Part shown: positions 20,372 through 29,756 of the stretch, piece by piece
How positions within the stretch are numbered: the stretch's first letter is position 1
Layout of the letters: every line of letters starts with the position of its first letter
Assembly: GCA_963733035.1 (NCBI GenBank)
Contig: CAVTBU010000005.1
Coordinates: 1,536,001 to 1,600,000 of the forward strand
Direction: 5' to 3'
Source: Pirellulales bacterium
GTDB taxonomy: Bacteria > Planctomycetota > Planctomycetia > Pirellulales > PALSA-1355
Length of the DNA: 64,000 bases
The notes under the pieces: generated by a model
Told to the model about the DNA's origin: nothing
Seen by the model: only the letters and a program-made list of their open reading frames with translations
The model's database searches: none
Program-made: the position numbers and the translations under genes

Positions 20372-21645
20372 CGAGTTCGGACAGTTCCTCCGGTCGCATC
20401 AATGCCGCAGCGAACATAGATTCCTGCGGACGCGTCCCAAATGCGCTCAAGGTTGTCGGCAATAGCTGGCCAAGCATAGTGCATCTCGGCGTGATGCCGT
20501 GCACTGCAAGCCATCTGATACGACGAATTGGGGTTCTGTAGAATTCTAACCAGCGCAGCGGCGAGTGTCCCCGTAGAGTCCGCCTGAAGATAATGATCTC
20601 CGGGAAGCATCGAGAGTCCTTCAGCGCCGACTGCTGTCGAGACAACTGGTACTCCGGCCGCTGCGGCCTCTAGAATTTTTAGCCGCGTGCCGCCGCCAAT
20701 CCGTAGCGGCACAACCATTGCCGATGTGGCAGCGAGGTAAGGTCGCACATCAGGCACGTCAGCATGCAGTTTCACTCCGGGCCGTCGATGCACAGCGTCA
20801 GACAGCCAGCGCGGAGGATTGCGACCGACAATTGATAGCAGAATACCGGGGCGTTGCGAGACTAGCTGAGGAAATATATCGTCGAGTAACCAACGCACGG
20901 CATCTTGATTTGGTCGCCAATCAAGGGATCCCAAGAACAGAACGGTGTCTGAGTTGTGCTCTACTCTCGTTGGACGAAAGTACTCGATGTCCACGCCATT
21001 GCTAACAACTTCCGGACGCTTGATGCTGAACCACCTAAGTGCCAAGTCGGCATCCGATTCGCTTACAACGATCGTTCGACTCGCCTGAGTAAAGACCGCT
21101 CTTTCGAACCGCCGGAATTTCTTTAGTTGATGAGCGATAAACGATCGCTTTACTGGATTACTTTCCGTTTCGTGATAACGCTGCCAGATTTGGGATTCGA
21201 TGTTGTGGGCCATCACCACCCAGGGCTTACGCACGATTTTGCGGATATTCTCGGCGTACGGCGTCCATTCCACGTGCCACAAATCAACGTTACCAGTCTC
21301 GCTGAGCCGCCGTACCGCCCTTTGCAAGGCCGCACTCTTGTGACTTTGCACTGAGTATGGCAGCGGGGAACACAAGTTGGCGGCCAGTCGACCATGAAAC
21401 TTCAACCCAGACTTAGGCAAATCAAGGGGGTCGACAACGATCACTTCAATGCCGTGGTTTCGCAGGTAGGTTTCTGCCTCAATTGCTTCGATAGGATCTT
21501 GATTGCGATGAGCTAGATATGTGATCCGGTGCCGGCGGGCCAATCGCGTGACGAGATTTAAAGTACGGAGGCGTTTTCCGGAATTCGGCGGATAAGGGAG
21601 CTCCTCGTCCACCACAACAACGTTCATGGGTTTGCGATCAGCCAC
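20368..21645 (-). CDS. GT4 glycosyltransferase (type common in PEP-CTERM/EPS loci)
   Basis: PYPPNSG, FLGSLDWRPN and PLRIGGGTRLKILEA. Confidence 0.9.
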   Translation of the reverse strand: MADRKPMNVVVVDEELPYPPNSGKRLRTLNLVTRLARRHRITYLAHRNQDPIEAIEAETYLRNHGIEVIVVDPLDLPKSGLKFHGRLAANLCSPLPYSVQSHKSAALQRAVRRLSETGNVDLWHVEWTPYAENIRKIVRKPWVVMAHNIESQIWQRYHETESNPVKRSFIAHQLKKFRRFERAVFTQASRTIVVSESDADLALRWFSIKRPEVVSNGVDIEYFRPTRVEHNSDTVLFLGSLDWRPNQDAVRWLLDDIFPQLVSQRPGILLSIVGRNPPRWLSDAVHRRPGVKLHADVPDVRPYLAATSAMVVPLRIGGGTRLKILEAAAAGVPVVSTAVGAEGLSMLPGDHYLQADSTGTLAAALVRILQNPNSSYQMACSARHHAEMHYAWPAIADNLERIWDASAGIYVRCGIDATGGTVRTR

Positions 21646-22814
21646 TATTCTGGAACCGATGCCAAATTGTCTGACCGGGCGGGGGATGATAACTCTTCAC
21701 TTCCTGGCAAAGGGTCTGTTGTGAACTGCCTTCGCACAAATTCGCTTAACACGCCCCAGCCGCAGGCGGCGTGGAGGGTAACGAAAACTACTGGCAGCAA
21801 TGGAAGCAGTTGCAGAGAGCGCGAGCGAATCACGCCGGAGACGGATGCAGTACCGATCGCGCCACCATATGCGGCCAACGTAGCGAAGTAGATAGTGGAC
21901 AGCCAAGCTGAAACGAGGCAAAGCGGTAGACACGCGATCACTGCGAGCAAGAAAGCGGCTGGCAAGAACGACCCGACAGACAAAGTCGAGTGGTGCTTAG
22001 ACGCCAGCCGCACCCGACCGCGGCCGTAGCGCACCATTTGCCGAAATAATCCGGGCAAACTGCTGCGTGGATGATAATGAACCGCGACATGGGGAACAAA
22101 AAAACACCGGAGGCCGGTTTGGTCGATTCGCGTATTGAGTTCCACGTCCTCACACGCGTCAAACCGTTCGTCGAACAGCCCCACCTGGTCGAATACCTTC
22201 CGCCGGTAGGCCACGGCCACGCTCTGGGCCGGCACGTAGCCTTCTGTCCTCGAGTAGATGTACGAACCTGGGTGGTGACCAAGCCAAGAACTGCGGGCTG
22301 CCGCAATGGCCCGCTGCAGGGTCGTGGCGTCCTTCACGTCCAGCGGCTGCGGACGCCCGATGCAGTCCGCACCACTGCTGGAAAAAACATGGGCGATTTC
22401 CCGCAGATACTGCCGATCATCGATTTCGCAGTGTCCGTCAATCACCAGCACGATTTCCCCCATCGACTCCCGGATGCCGATGTTGCGTGCCGCACTTGAG
22501 AGTTGCTTGGGGTTGTCGAGTAGACGCAAGCACTCGGTTCGCGATGCATACTGCGCTACGATCTCTCGGGTCTGATCGGTCGAGCGACCGTCTACTACCA
22601 GCAATTCATAGCGGTCTCTTGGGTAATCTTGTCCGAGGAGCGAGTCGATCGTGCGAGCGATCAATTTTTCCTCATTGCGAACCGGCACAATGACCGCTAT
22701 CGTCGGGAGTTGTTTTTCGTCAAGCGTCTTATCACCGGCGCCATGCATCGAGTTCGAGGCAGGGCCAGATGACAACTCGGTTGCGAGTTCCAGATTGCCG
22801 ACTTGCGACTTCAT
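21645..22814 (-). CDS. GT2 glycosyltransferase (ExoA-like)
   Basis: PVRNEE, DGRSTD, IDGH, EDVELN and QMVRYGRGR; C-terminal TM segments. Confidence 0.88.
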   Translation of the reverse strand: MKSQVGNLELATELSSGPASNSMHGAGDKTLDEKQLPTIAVIVPVRNEEKLIARTIDSLLGQDYPRDRYELLVVDGRSTDQTREIVAQYASRTECLRLLDNPKQLSSAARNIGIRESMGEIVLVIDGHCEIDDRQYLREIAHVFSSSGADCIGRPQPLDVKDATTLQRAIAAARSSWLGHHPGSYIYSRTEGYVPAQSVAVAYRRKVFDQVGLFDERFDACEDVELNTRIDQTGLRCFFVPHVAVHYHPRSSLPGLFRQMVRYGRGRVRLASKHHSTLSVGSFLPAAFLLAVIACLPLCLVSAWLSTIYFATLAAYGGAIGTASVSGVIRSRSLQLLPLLPVVFVTLHAACGWGVLSEFVRRQFTTDPLPGSEELSSPARSDNLASVPE

Positions 22815-22815
22815 G

Positions 22816-23685
22816 TCAGAAAGCTGCTGTAGCAGTGGTGGTTGCAACCGCGCTATTCGCACAATCGCGGAGCGGCGCAAATGAAAAGTCTCGGAGCAGA
22901 GTTTTCAGTTTGTGTTCAGTCGTTGTCAAATTGACGTAGTGTCTGAATCGCGCGGCACGGGAGCCGAGGCCCATTCTTGGCTGCTGCGGATCGATCTCCC
23001 ACGGATGGACGTAGAACATGAACGGCTGTCTCGCTCGCTCGTTGATGTGCCGCAAGCAGGCGCGAGTGACCGACCAGGGGTAGAGCCGAAAATAGCCGCC
23101 TCCCAGTGGAATGTTGATCTTGGCCACGCGTGCAACCGAGGGGGGCACCTCCCAAATCGGGCCGGCGGCGGTGGCGATTTCGTGAGCGTGGGGCTTGGCG
23201 TCGGGAATCCCGTAGCGGTCGTGGTAGACCGGAAAAATGCTCGAGTCGACGGTGAATCCCTCTTCCACGAGGATCTCAAGGGCCCACAGCGATCGCTTAG
23301 TAATAGAGAAGCTCGGCGCGCGATACGCAGTTACCGGTACGCCCACAATCTGCTCGAGTGTGTCGCGCGACGATCGCACGTCACGCCGAAACTCTTCTGG
23401 AGTCTGCTCGTAGACCAGGCGGTGCCAATAGCCGTGAGAAGCAACCTCGTGACCACCGCGGTGAATCTCCCGCACGATCTGTGGAAACTTGTTGGCCACC
23501 CAACCCAGCACAAAGAAAGTCGCCCGCACCTGTTGGCGCTCGAGCAGCCGCAACATGCGGTGGGTATTTGCTTCTACCCGACAGGGAAACCGATCCCAAT
23601 TGGCTCGGGGAATGTGCCTTTCGAACGCGGAGACCTGAAAGTAGTCCTCCACGTCTACCGTGAACATGTTTTGGATCGCAGCCAT
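22816..23685 (-). CDS. Exosortase-system polysaccharide deacetylase (DUF3473-type)
   Basis: FTVDVEDYFQV, ATFFVLGW, YRAPSFSI, GGGYFRLYP and YVHPWEIDP. ATG at 23685 follows the upstream stop. Confidence 0.9.
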   Translation of the reverse strand: MAAIQNMFTVDVEDYFQVSAFERHIPRANWDRFPCRVEANTHRMLRLLERQQVRATFFVLGWVANKFPQIVREIHRGGHEVASHGYWHRLVYEQTPEEFRRDVRSSRDTLEQIVGVPVTAYRAPSFSITKRSLWALEILVEEGFTVDSSIFPVYHDRYGIPDAKPHAHEIATAAGPIWEVPPSVARVAKINIPLGGGYFRLYPWSVTRACLRHINERARQPFMFYVHPWEIDPQQPRMGLGSRAARFRHYVNLTTTEHKLKTLLRDFSFAPLRDCANSAVATTTATAAF

Positions 23686-23689
23686 TTCG

Positions 23690-24568
23690 TTAGCGAGGCT
23701 TCGGACGGTCTGAATGATGCTCATGACCATTTCGGCCGTGCGGGGTTGCTTTGTGCCCGTTGCCGTTCGACGAACTATGTAGAAGGGACTGCAGCGCACT
23801 GCCGGGCGAAACCTCCTCAGGCGATGATGCACGGCCGTCTGCCGGTTCCAGTTTCGGGCTACGATGCAAGCCGAATAAGCCGATGGTGGGCACCTTGATG
23901 AGCCGCGTGGCCGTACAGACGAGCAGGCGAGCTTCCATCCCGAAGCCCGCCTGCTCAACGTACTCTAAATCAAGCATGAGCTTCCGCCGTACGCTATTTA
24001 AATCGGTGTCTGGCGGCAAATTGAGCTGCGCCAGCCCGGTGATCCCGGGCGGCACTGCCAGTCGGTTTCTGTATTCGGGAATCTTTTCGGCAAGTACTTC
24101 GACGAACTCGGGACGTTCCGGTCGCGGGCCGACCAGCGACATCTCGCCTTTTATCACATTGATCAACTGCGGCAACTCATCCAGGTGAAACGTGCGTAGC
24201 ATGTGTCCGAAACGAGTGACCCGCGGATCATTGGTCGTGCACCAAACGGCGCCGGTGCCAACCTCGGCATCCTGCCGCATGCTTCGTAGCTTCAGCATGG
24301 TATAAGTCCGCCCGTCCTGACCGACGCGTCGTTGGCGATAGAAACCGGGTCCAGGAGAACCACATTTGACCAACAGCCACAACAGGCCAATCACTGGCCC
24401 AAATGGAATCAACAGCAACACGGCGAGAGGTAAATCAACGGCTTGCTTCCAGCGAAAGAAAGAAGAAACCGGCACCGCCGTTCCCGGCCGTGTTCTGGCA
24501 CTGTGTGTGCTCACCGAACTCGTCGGGGTATTTTGAGGCTGTAGGTCCAAGACTCGAGGTACCATCAA
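23690..24568 (-). CDS. Priming sugar (phospho)transferase
   Basis: KLRSM, DPRVT, LDELPQL and GEMSLVGPRPERP. Confidence 0.92.
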   Translation of the reverse strand: MMVPRVLDLQPQNTPTSSVSTHSARTRPGTAVPVSSFFRWKQAVDLPLAVLLLIPFGPVIGLLWLLVKCGSPGPGFYRQRRVGQDGRTYTMLKLRSMRQDAEVGTGAVWCTTNDPRVTRFGHMLRTFHLDELPQLINVIKGEMSLVGPRPERPEFVEVLAEKIPEYRNRLAVPPGITGLAQLNLPPDTDLNSVRRKLMLDLEYVEQAGFGMEARLLVCTATRLIKVPTIGLFGLHRSPKLEPADGRASSPEEVSPGSALQSLLHSSSNGNGHKATPHGRNGHEHHSDRPKPR

Positions 24569-24587
24569 TGTATCCTCATGTTCAATG

Positions 24588-25256
24588 TCAGCGACTCGAT
24601 GAACTACTCACCAGCTCTTCGCTAGCTTCCGGCAAAAAGGCACGCAGGAACAATTGCGTTGCGTCTTGGGTCTGGTCCAGCGCTGTAGACACAACGGGCG
24701 CAACCAACTGGATCTTGTAGAGAAAAGCACTCCCCGCGAATGCGAACCGTGGATCGTCCGGAGCCGACCAGGCACCTCCAGTCGACCATGCATAGTAGAC
24801 ACGGACCATTTCTCCCTCGACGTTCTGCAGTTGAAAATCCACGGCCCAGAAGGAATGGTCCACACCTTTCACGTCTTGAACTTCCACGCGCTGACGCTTT
24901 CCCAGCAGACGATAATTCTGGCTGGGAAAACAGATTTCTGGAGAATGAACGGCAAGCGTCCCGGCCGGACCCACCAATAAAGTCACGCCAATTGTCGAGC
25001 CAGTTTCAGCATCGACGTACTGCCGGATGACTTCGCCAGTGCACTCGAGTTGTGCTTGGGCGTAGTCGGGCAAGTGCGTTGATTCACCACCTTTCCAGGT
25101 AGCGAAGTTGGTCGGTATGCGTTCAAGTTTTGCGCCCGCTTCGCTCTGAATCTGCGTAGCTCCCCAGCGATTCGTAAGCCGTCCGTAGACCAAACCGCCC
25201 CCGGTCGTCAAGGCTACCACCAGAATCAAGCCAATCCACATGGATGGATTTCTCAT
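24588..25256 (-). CDS. epsI: Exosortase-associated EpsI-family protein
   Basis: N-terminal TM anchor, HSPEICF motif, location in an exosortase operon. Confidence 0.8.
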   Translation of the reverse strand: MRNPSMWIGLILVVALTTGGGLVYGRLTNRWGATQIQSEAGAKLERIPTNFATWKGGESTHLPDYAQAQLECTGEVIRQYVDAETGSTIGVTLLVGPAGTLAVHSPEICFPSQNYRLLGKRQRVEVQDVKGVDHSFWAVDFQLQNVEGEMVRVYYAWSTGGAWSAPDDPRFAFAGSAFLYKIQLVAPVVSTALDQTQDATQLFLRAFLPEASEELVSSSSSR

Positions 25257-25297
25257 GTGCTAGAGCGCTCCATCGGAGGTTTTCATTTGTTGCAGAT

Positions 25298-28200
25298 TCA
25301 TCGAACGTTCTCGTTCAATTCCGCGAGCATCTGGGTATCGGACTGTGTCAGAACCTGGCGGGACAGTTCGTGTTTGTTCGCGAATTCCAATGCTTCCCGT
25401 GCCTTGTCCACGTCACCGACTCGGAAGCGGCCAACGGCCAGATGCAAGTAGTAGCGGGGGTCGGAATTCGGCGCGGACGTCGCCGCGTTCAGCAATTTGA
25501 CTGCCTCTTCCTCCTGTCCAAGCGTCAGCAGAATCGTGCCTTTGGTATCGAGCAGATTTGGCTGAGCCCCGACCAACTCGATTGCTCGGTCGATATAGGT
25601 AATCGCCTCGCTCGCCCGTCCCGGCTGCTCCGCAAGAACGGTGGCCAGATTGTTGAGCGCGTCTGCGTTTTGCGGCTGCACCTCGAGCACTTTCTGGTAG
25701 AGGACCGAGGCGTCGTCGAGTCGTTGTTGCACTACCCGCAGCGCAGCCACTGCGGTGAGCAAGTCCACGTTGTCGCTATGTTCCTTGAGACTCTGCGAGA
25801 TCAACGCCTCTGCCCGCTCAGCGTTGTCTGAATTCGGCCTGCCGCGCAGTAGAACGGCAACCACGGAGGTGGCAGGAAGTTGCGAAGGATCCTGTGCAGC
25901 GGATTGAATACACAGTTCAATTGCCTCATCGATCCGTCCAAGCTCTGCCAGCGAGCGAGCCAGCCGACCATATTGCTGCGGATCGAGTTGGAACGCACGT
26001 CGATACCAGCGTTCGGCACCTTTGAAACTGCGCGCCGCGAAATACAGATCGCCAATGGTTTGACAGACTTGCAGTTTTTGACTTGCCGCCGGTTGGCCGT
26101 CACGTTCGGTCGGTTGCAGCATCCGCTCGGCGGTTTTCTCAAGCAGCGGTTCGATTTCGCTGTCGCGGTTCTCCGCGTGCAGCCACCGAACCCTTAGACC
26201 GAGGGTAGCGACACTATTTGCATTGAGCTGCTCAAGCTTATCGAGCCAACGCCCCGCTTCCTCTTTTTCATCGTGCCGCAGGAGAAAATCGACGTAAGCT
26301 GCCACATCGCCGGGACGAGGGGATGCCGTGTTTGTCAGCTCCAAATACTCTTTGCGAGCGAGCTCGCGATTGCCCTGGGCTTCACGCACGAGTGCCAACA
26401 TCAGCCGATCGCTGCGGGACGCCATGGGGTCAGAGTCAGCCAGCAACTCCTCCAGGATTTGCTGAGATCGCGCCAAATTTTCTGGGCCACCCCTTTGCGC
26501 CAGCAGCGCAGCCTCCAAGTGCCGGTCGGATTTCTCAGGCTTGTTGCCATCCGAGGAGCGATCAAGCATCTGCACAGCTTCGCGCCATCGCTCTTCGCCA
26601 CCGCGTCTGGCGAGCAATTCAGCCAGCATGCGACGCGCGTTATCGGAGCGCGGATTCAGTTCCAGCGCTCGACGCAAGGCTTTCTCAGCCACGGGCGGGT
26701 CGTCCGTTAGAAGGATCTTGCCAATCTCTTCCGGAATGCCGGCGTTCTGGGCGTCGAGCTGTTCTGCTTGCTGGAAATGAACCAAAGCTTGGTCGTGATC
26801 GCCAATCGCCTGGTAGCCGGCAGCCAAGATCATTTCACGTTCCGCCGGCGGGACTTCCACTTTGCGCGCGCACTGTTCAACGGCCGCGCGAGCCCGATCC
26901 AACTGTTTGGTGCGGACGAAATAATTCACTGCCGCACCGTACGTCCGTGGATCGGTGGGGCCCAGTTCGATCGCCCGTCGCAAGGCGTTTTCAGCTTCGG
27001 CCGTCTTGCCCGCCGCAAGTAAAAGCTGACTTACCCAGATCTGCGCCAGCGGGTCACTTGGGCGTCTAGCCGCTCCCAGTCGTGCTGCTTCCAATGCGCG
27101 GCCTGGTTGGCCGGACTGCATGGCCATCGAGATTTCCAGCGTAGATAGTCCGGTGGACGCCGCGGTCCGGCTGCTTAATTCGTCGAGATACTTGTTTGCT
27201 TCGTCGAACCGCTGGAGCCGGTAGAGAAGCAACATCAAACGTTCGTAGGCGACGAGTCGCTGTTCACCGAGTTGTATGGCCTTCTGATATGCCTCGACGG
27301 CTTTTGCTGGTTCGCCTTCTCGATCCAGGACATCTCCCAATAGCAGTTGTCCGCCCGAATTATTGCGTTGCTCCTGGCAGATTTCCGTCGCGATTTTTTC
27401 TGCTTCGGTTAGTCTCTCGTCCTGTGGACCCGTGGCCTGCAGGAGAAGACGATTTGCGCGATAGATTTGCCATTCGCTCGCCTTCACGCCAGGCAGCTTG
27501 CTCAAGCTTTGCTCGAGTGTCTCGGCGTCTTGAAATCGCTTTTGGTCCAGCGCAAGGTCGAGCGCCCGTTCCAACAGTGTCCGATTCGAGGGGTCCTGAC
27601 GCTGTAACTCGCTCAGAGCGTTCCAGGCCTCCTCTGCCCGTCCTTCTTGTACATCAAGACTGACGAATCCAAGTTGAATCGGCAATCGTTGATCTTCGGC
27701 GACCTTTTGTAGCCCTTCCTCCAAAATGCGACGCGCCGCGGGGAACTGTTTGCGAGTTGCCAAGATCATGGCGGAGTTGATGTAGGCGACAGCCTGGTCC
27801 GGAAACATTTTCCTCAAAGTCTCAAGTGCGCTGTCCGCTGCCGACTGGTCCCCGAGGCGCTCAAACATGTTCGCAAAACGGCTCCAGGCCTCGGCCGAGT
27901 GCTGACCCGTCTCGGTCGCATCCTGCAGTATTTGAAGCGCGGTCTTGATTCCACCTGCTCCGTCCCCACGATCTTCAGCCTGTCGCAGCCGGAATTCCGC
28001 TTCGAGAAGGCTGAGCTTCCACGAATCCGTGTCGGGGGTTTGACTTACTGCTTCCTTGGCGCCGTTTAGCAGCTTTTCGACGCTGTTCCAGTCGCGCTGT
28101 TTGAGCGGCAGGTTAAACTGGTTTCGAATCGCGGCTCCGGCCAGGAGCACGCGGTTTTCAAAGGAGTCCTCGATCTTTCCGGCCTTTCGTAGCTCATCTT

Positions 28201-29743
28201 CAGCGAGTTTCGGCCGGTCGACATTCATCCACATTGCCGCGGCAGCCAAGCGGGGCTCTGCCGAGTTGGGACTGACCAATGCCGCGTCATCGAATGCCTT
28301 CGTCGCTAGATCTTGTTGACCCTGGGCTGCGTAGATCTCGCCCAAGATCATCAAAGCCTCGTAACCGGGAGGGTTATTTCCGCGGCGACTAACCGGATCG
28401 TTACTAACCCGTCGCAAAATCTCGATAGCCTTGTCCTGCTCTTGTTTCGCGAGCGCAATCCGCGCTTCGAGCACCTCGGCATTTCGGGTAAAGCCCAGGT
28501 CAGATTCGAGAACCCCACGCTGCCGCAGCGTGGCGGCCGCCGATCTCAGCGCGGCAAGGCATTGTTCGGCACGGACAAACTCACCCTGGGGGATCAGGGC
28601 CGCGGCCATTCGCAGATTCAATAGGATGCTATTCTTGCCGCAGTTGGTCAGGCCCGATTCCCAGGTTTGCAGTGCTTCGTCTGGCTTTCCCTCGAGCCAT
28701 CGCACTTCTCCCAGCCCGAGATAGGCTTGCTCCAATGTCTTGGACGAAGCGATTGCCCGTTCGTAGAACTGGCCGGCCTGTGCGAGAAGCTCGGGCCTCG
28801 CTTGATCCGACGCGGGCGAACGACCAACCAGTTTCCGCAGGCGGTCTTGCGCTGCAACCATCAGTACGACCGTATTGTCGGGCTCCAGTTGAACCGCTTG
28901 ATCCAGGTCACTTTCGGTATCCGGCAGTCCGTTTTGAGATCGGTATTGATAGCGCGCCAAATGGGTGATTGCCCCTTTGGGGTCGGCCTTGACCAATTCG
29001 TCGACGCATTGGTCCGCCAGCTGGGCGCGGTCGACGTCGCTGCGAGCGCGAGCTTCTTCACTTTGCAGCCGTGGTTTGTTTCGGTAGACATCCGCCAGAG
29101 TCAATGCCAACTGCACATCCGTTGGGTTGAGTCGAAACGCCTCTTCCAGAGCAGCCCCGACTGTCATGCCGGATTGAGCGATCGACGATTCGCTGCTGGA
29201 CTGTGCCTGACCGAAGAGCGCCAAGGCAAGCAATCGGTGCGCTTTCGCATCCTTTGGATCGACTTCGATTAGCTTCCTGGCTTCGGCCTCGGCGGACACG
29301 AATTCCTGGGCTTGCATCAAGAGCTCGCCCACTCTTTGTCGCAACGCTTGCTGGCGTTCGGGCGGAGCGGCGGCCAGTGCCTGGTAGTACAGCTCGATTG
29401 CGCGAGTTAGTCTTGTCCGTTCACCTGCCAAGTGCTCGTAGGTCTCCGCCAATTGAATGCGCGCGTTGGCATCGTCGGGACGCATCCGCAGGTAGAGGAA
29501 AAGGTACTCGGCCGATTCCGCCCAAGACTCTTCTTTCGCCAGTGCTTCGGCCCGCGCCGCGAACACGTCTGCACCCTGCTTGACTTGGTGGGCGCGCCAG
29601 AAGTAAAGCCCCGGCAGCAACACGGCCAGGGTCACCAGCGTGCCAACGAGCAGCGGCAGCCGAATTCGTCGCTCGGTAACCGGGCGACGAGCGATCGCGG
29701 CTCTTGGTTTTTCTCTCATTTCGCGTTGGCGTGACTTTTTCAT
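25298..29743 (-). CDS. Membrane-anchored 1481-aa TPR protein (PrsT-like role inferred)
   Basis: One N-terminal TM helix followed by many TPR-like repeats; C-terminal ALNNLA...LLDTKG...YYLHLA. Confidence 0.85.
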   Translation of the reverse strand: MKKSRQREMREKPRAAIARRPVTERRIRLPLLVGTLVTLAVLLPGLYFWRAHQVKQGADVFAARAEALAKEESWAESAEYLFLYLRMRPDDANARIQLAETYEHLAGERTRLTRAIELYYQALAAAPPERQQALRQRVGELLMQAQEFVSAEAEARKLIEVDPKDAKAHRLLALALFGQAQSSSESSIAQSGMTVGAALEEAFRLNPTDVQLALTLADVYRNKPRLQSEEARARSDVDRAQLADQCVDELVKADPKGAITHLARYQYRSQNGLPDTESDLDQAVQLEPDNTVVLMVAAQDRLRKLVGRSPASDQARPELLAQAGQFYERAIASSKTLEQAYLGLGEVRWLEGKPDEALQTWESGLTNCGKNSILLNLRMAAALIPQGEFVRAEQCLAALRSAAATLRQRGVLESDLGFTRNAEVLEARIALAKQEQDKAIEILRRVSNDPVSRRGNNPPGYEALMILGEIYAAQGQQDLATKAFDDAALVSPNSAEPRLAAAAMWMNVDRPKLAEDELRKAGKIEDSFENRVLLAGAAIRNQFNLPLKQRDWNSVEKLLNGAKEAVSQTPDTDSWKLSLLEAEFRLRQAEDRGDGAGGIKTALQILQDATETGQHSAEAWSRFANMFERLGDQSAADSALETLRKMFPDQAVAYINSAMILATRKQFPAARRILEEGLQKVAEDQRLPIQLGFVSLDVQEGRAEEAWNALSELQRQDPSNRTLLERALDLALDQKRFQDAETLEQSLSKLPGVKASEWQIYRANRLLLQATGPQDERLTEAEKIATEICQEQRNNSGGQLLLGDVLDREGEPAKAVEAYQKAIQLGEQRLVAYERLMLLLYRLQRFDEANKYLDELSSRTAASTGLSTLEISMAMQSGQPGRALEAARLGAARRPSDPLAQIWVSQLLLAAGKTAEAENALRRAIELGPTDPRTYGAAVNYFVRTKQLDRARAAVEQCARKVEVPPAEREMILAAGYQAIGDHDQALVHFQQAEQLDAQNAGIPEEIGKILLTDDPPVAEKALRRALELNPRSDNARRMLAELLARRGGEERWREAVQMLDRSSDGNKPEKSDRHLEAALLAQRGGPENLARSQQILEELLADSDPMASRSDRLMLALVREAQGNRELARKEYLELTNTASPRPGDVAAYVDFLLRHDEKEEAGRWLDKLEQLNANSVATLGLRVRWLHAENRDSEIEPLLEKTAERMLQPTERDGQPAASQKLQVCQTIGDLYFAARSFKGAERWYRRAFQLDPQQYGRLARSLAELGRIDEAIELCIQSAAQDPSQLPATSVVAVLLRGRPNSDNAERAEALISQSLKEHSDNVDLLTAVAALRVVQQRLDDASVLYQKVLEVQPQNADALNNLATVLAEQPGRASEAITYIDRAIELVGAQPNLLDTKGTILLTLGQEEEAVKLLNAATSAPNSDPRYYLHLAVGRFRVGDVDKAREALEFANKHELSRQVLTQSDTQMLAELNENVR

Positions 29744-29756
29744 CTACATTATCTTT

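Noticed and set aside
22912..23898. Long antisense ORFs (for example 22912-23898, 43078-43764, 54220-55176, 55543-56421)
   Set aside because: They are shadows of well-supported genes on the opposite strand in GC-rich DNA and contain no motifs.
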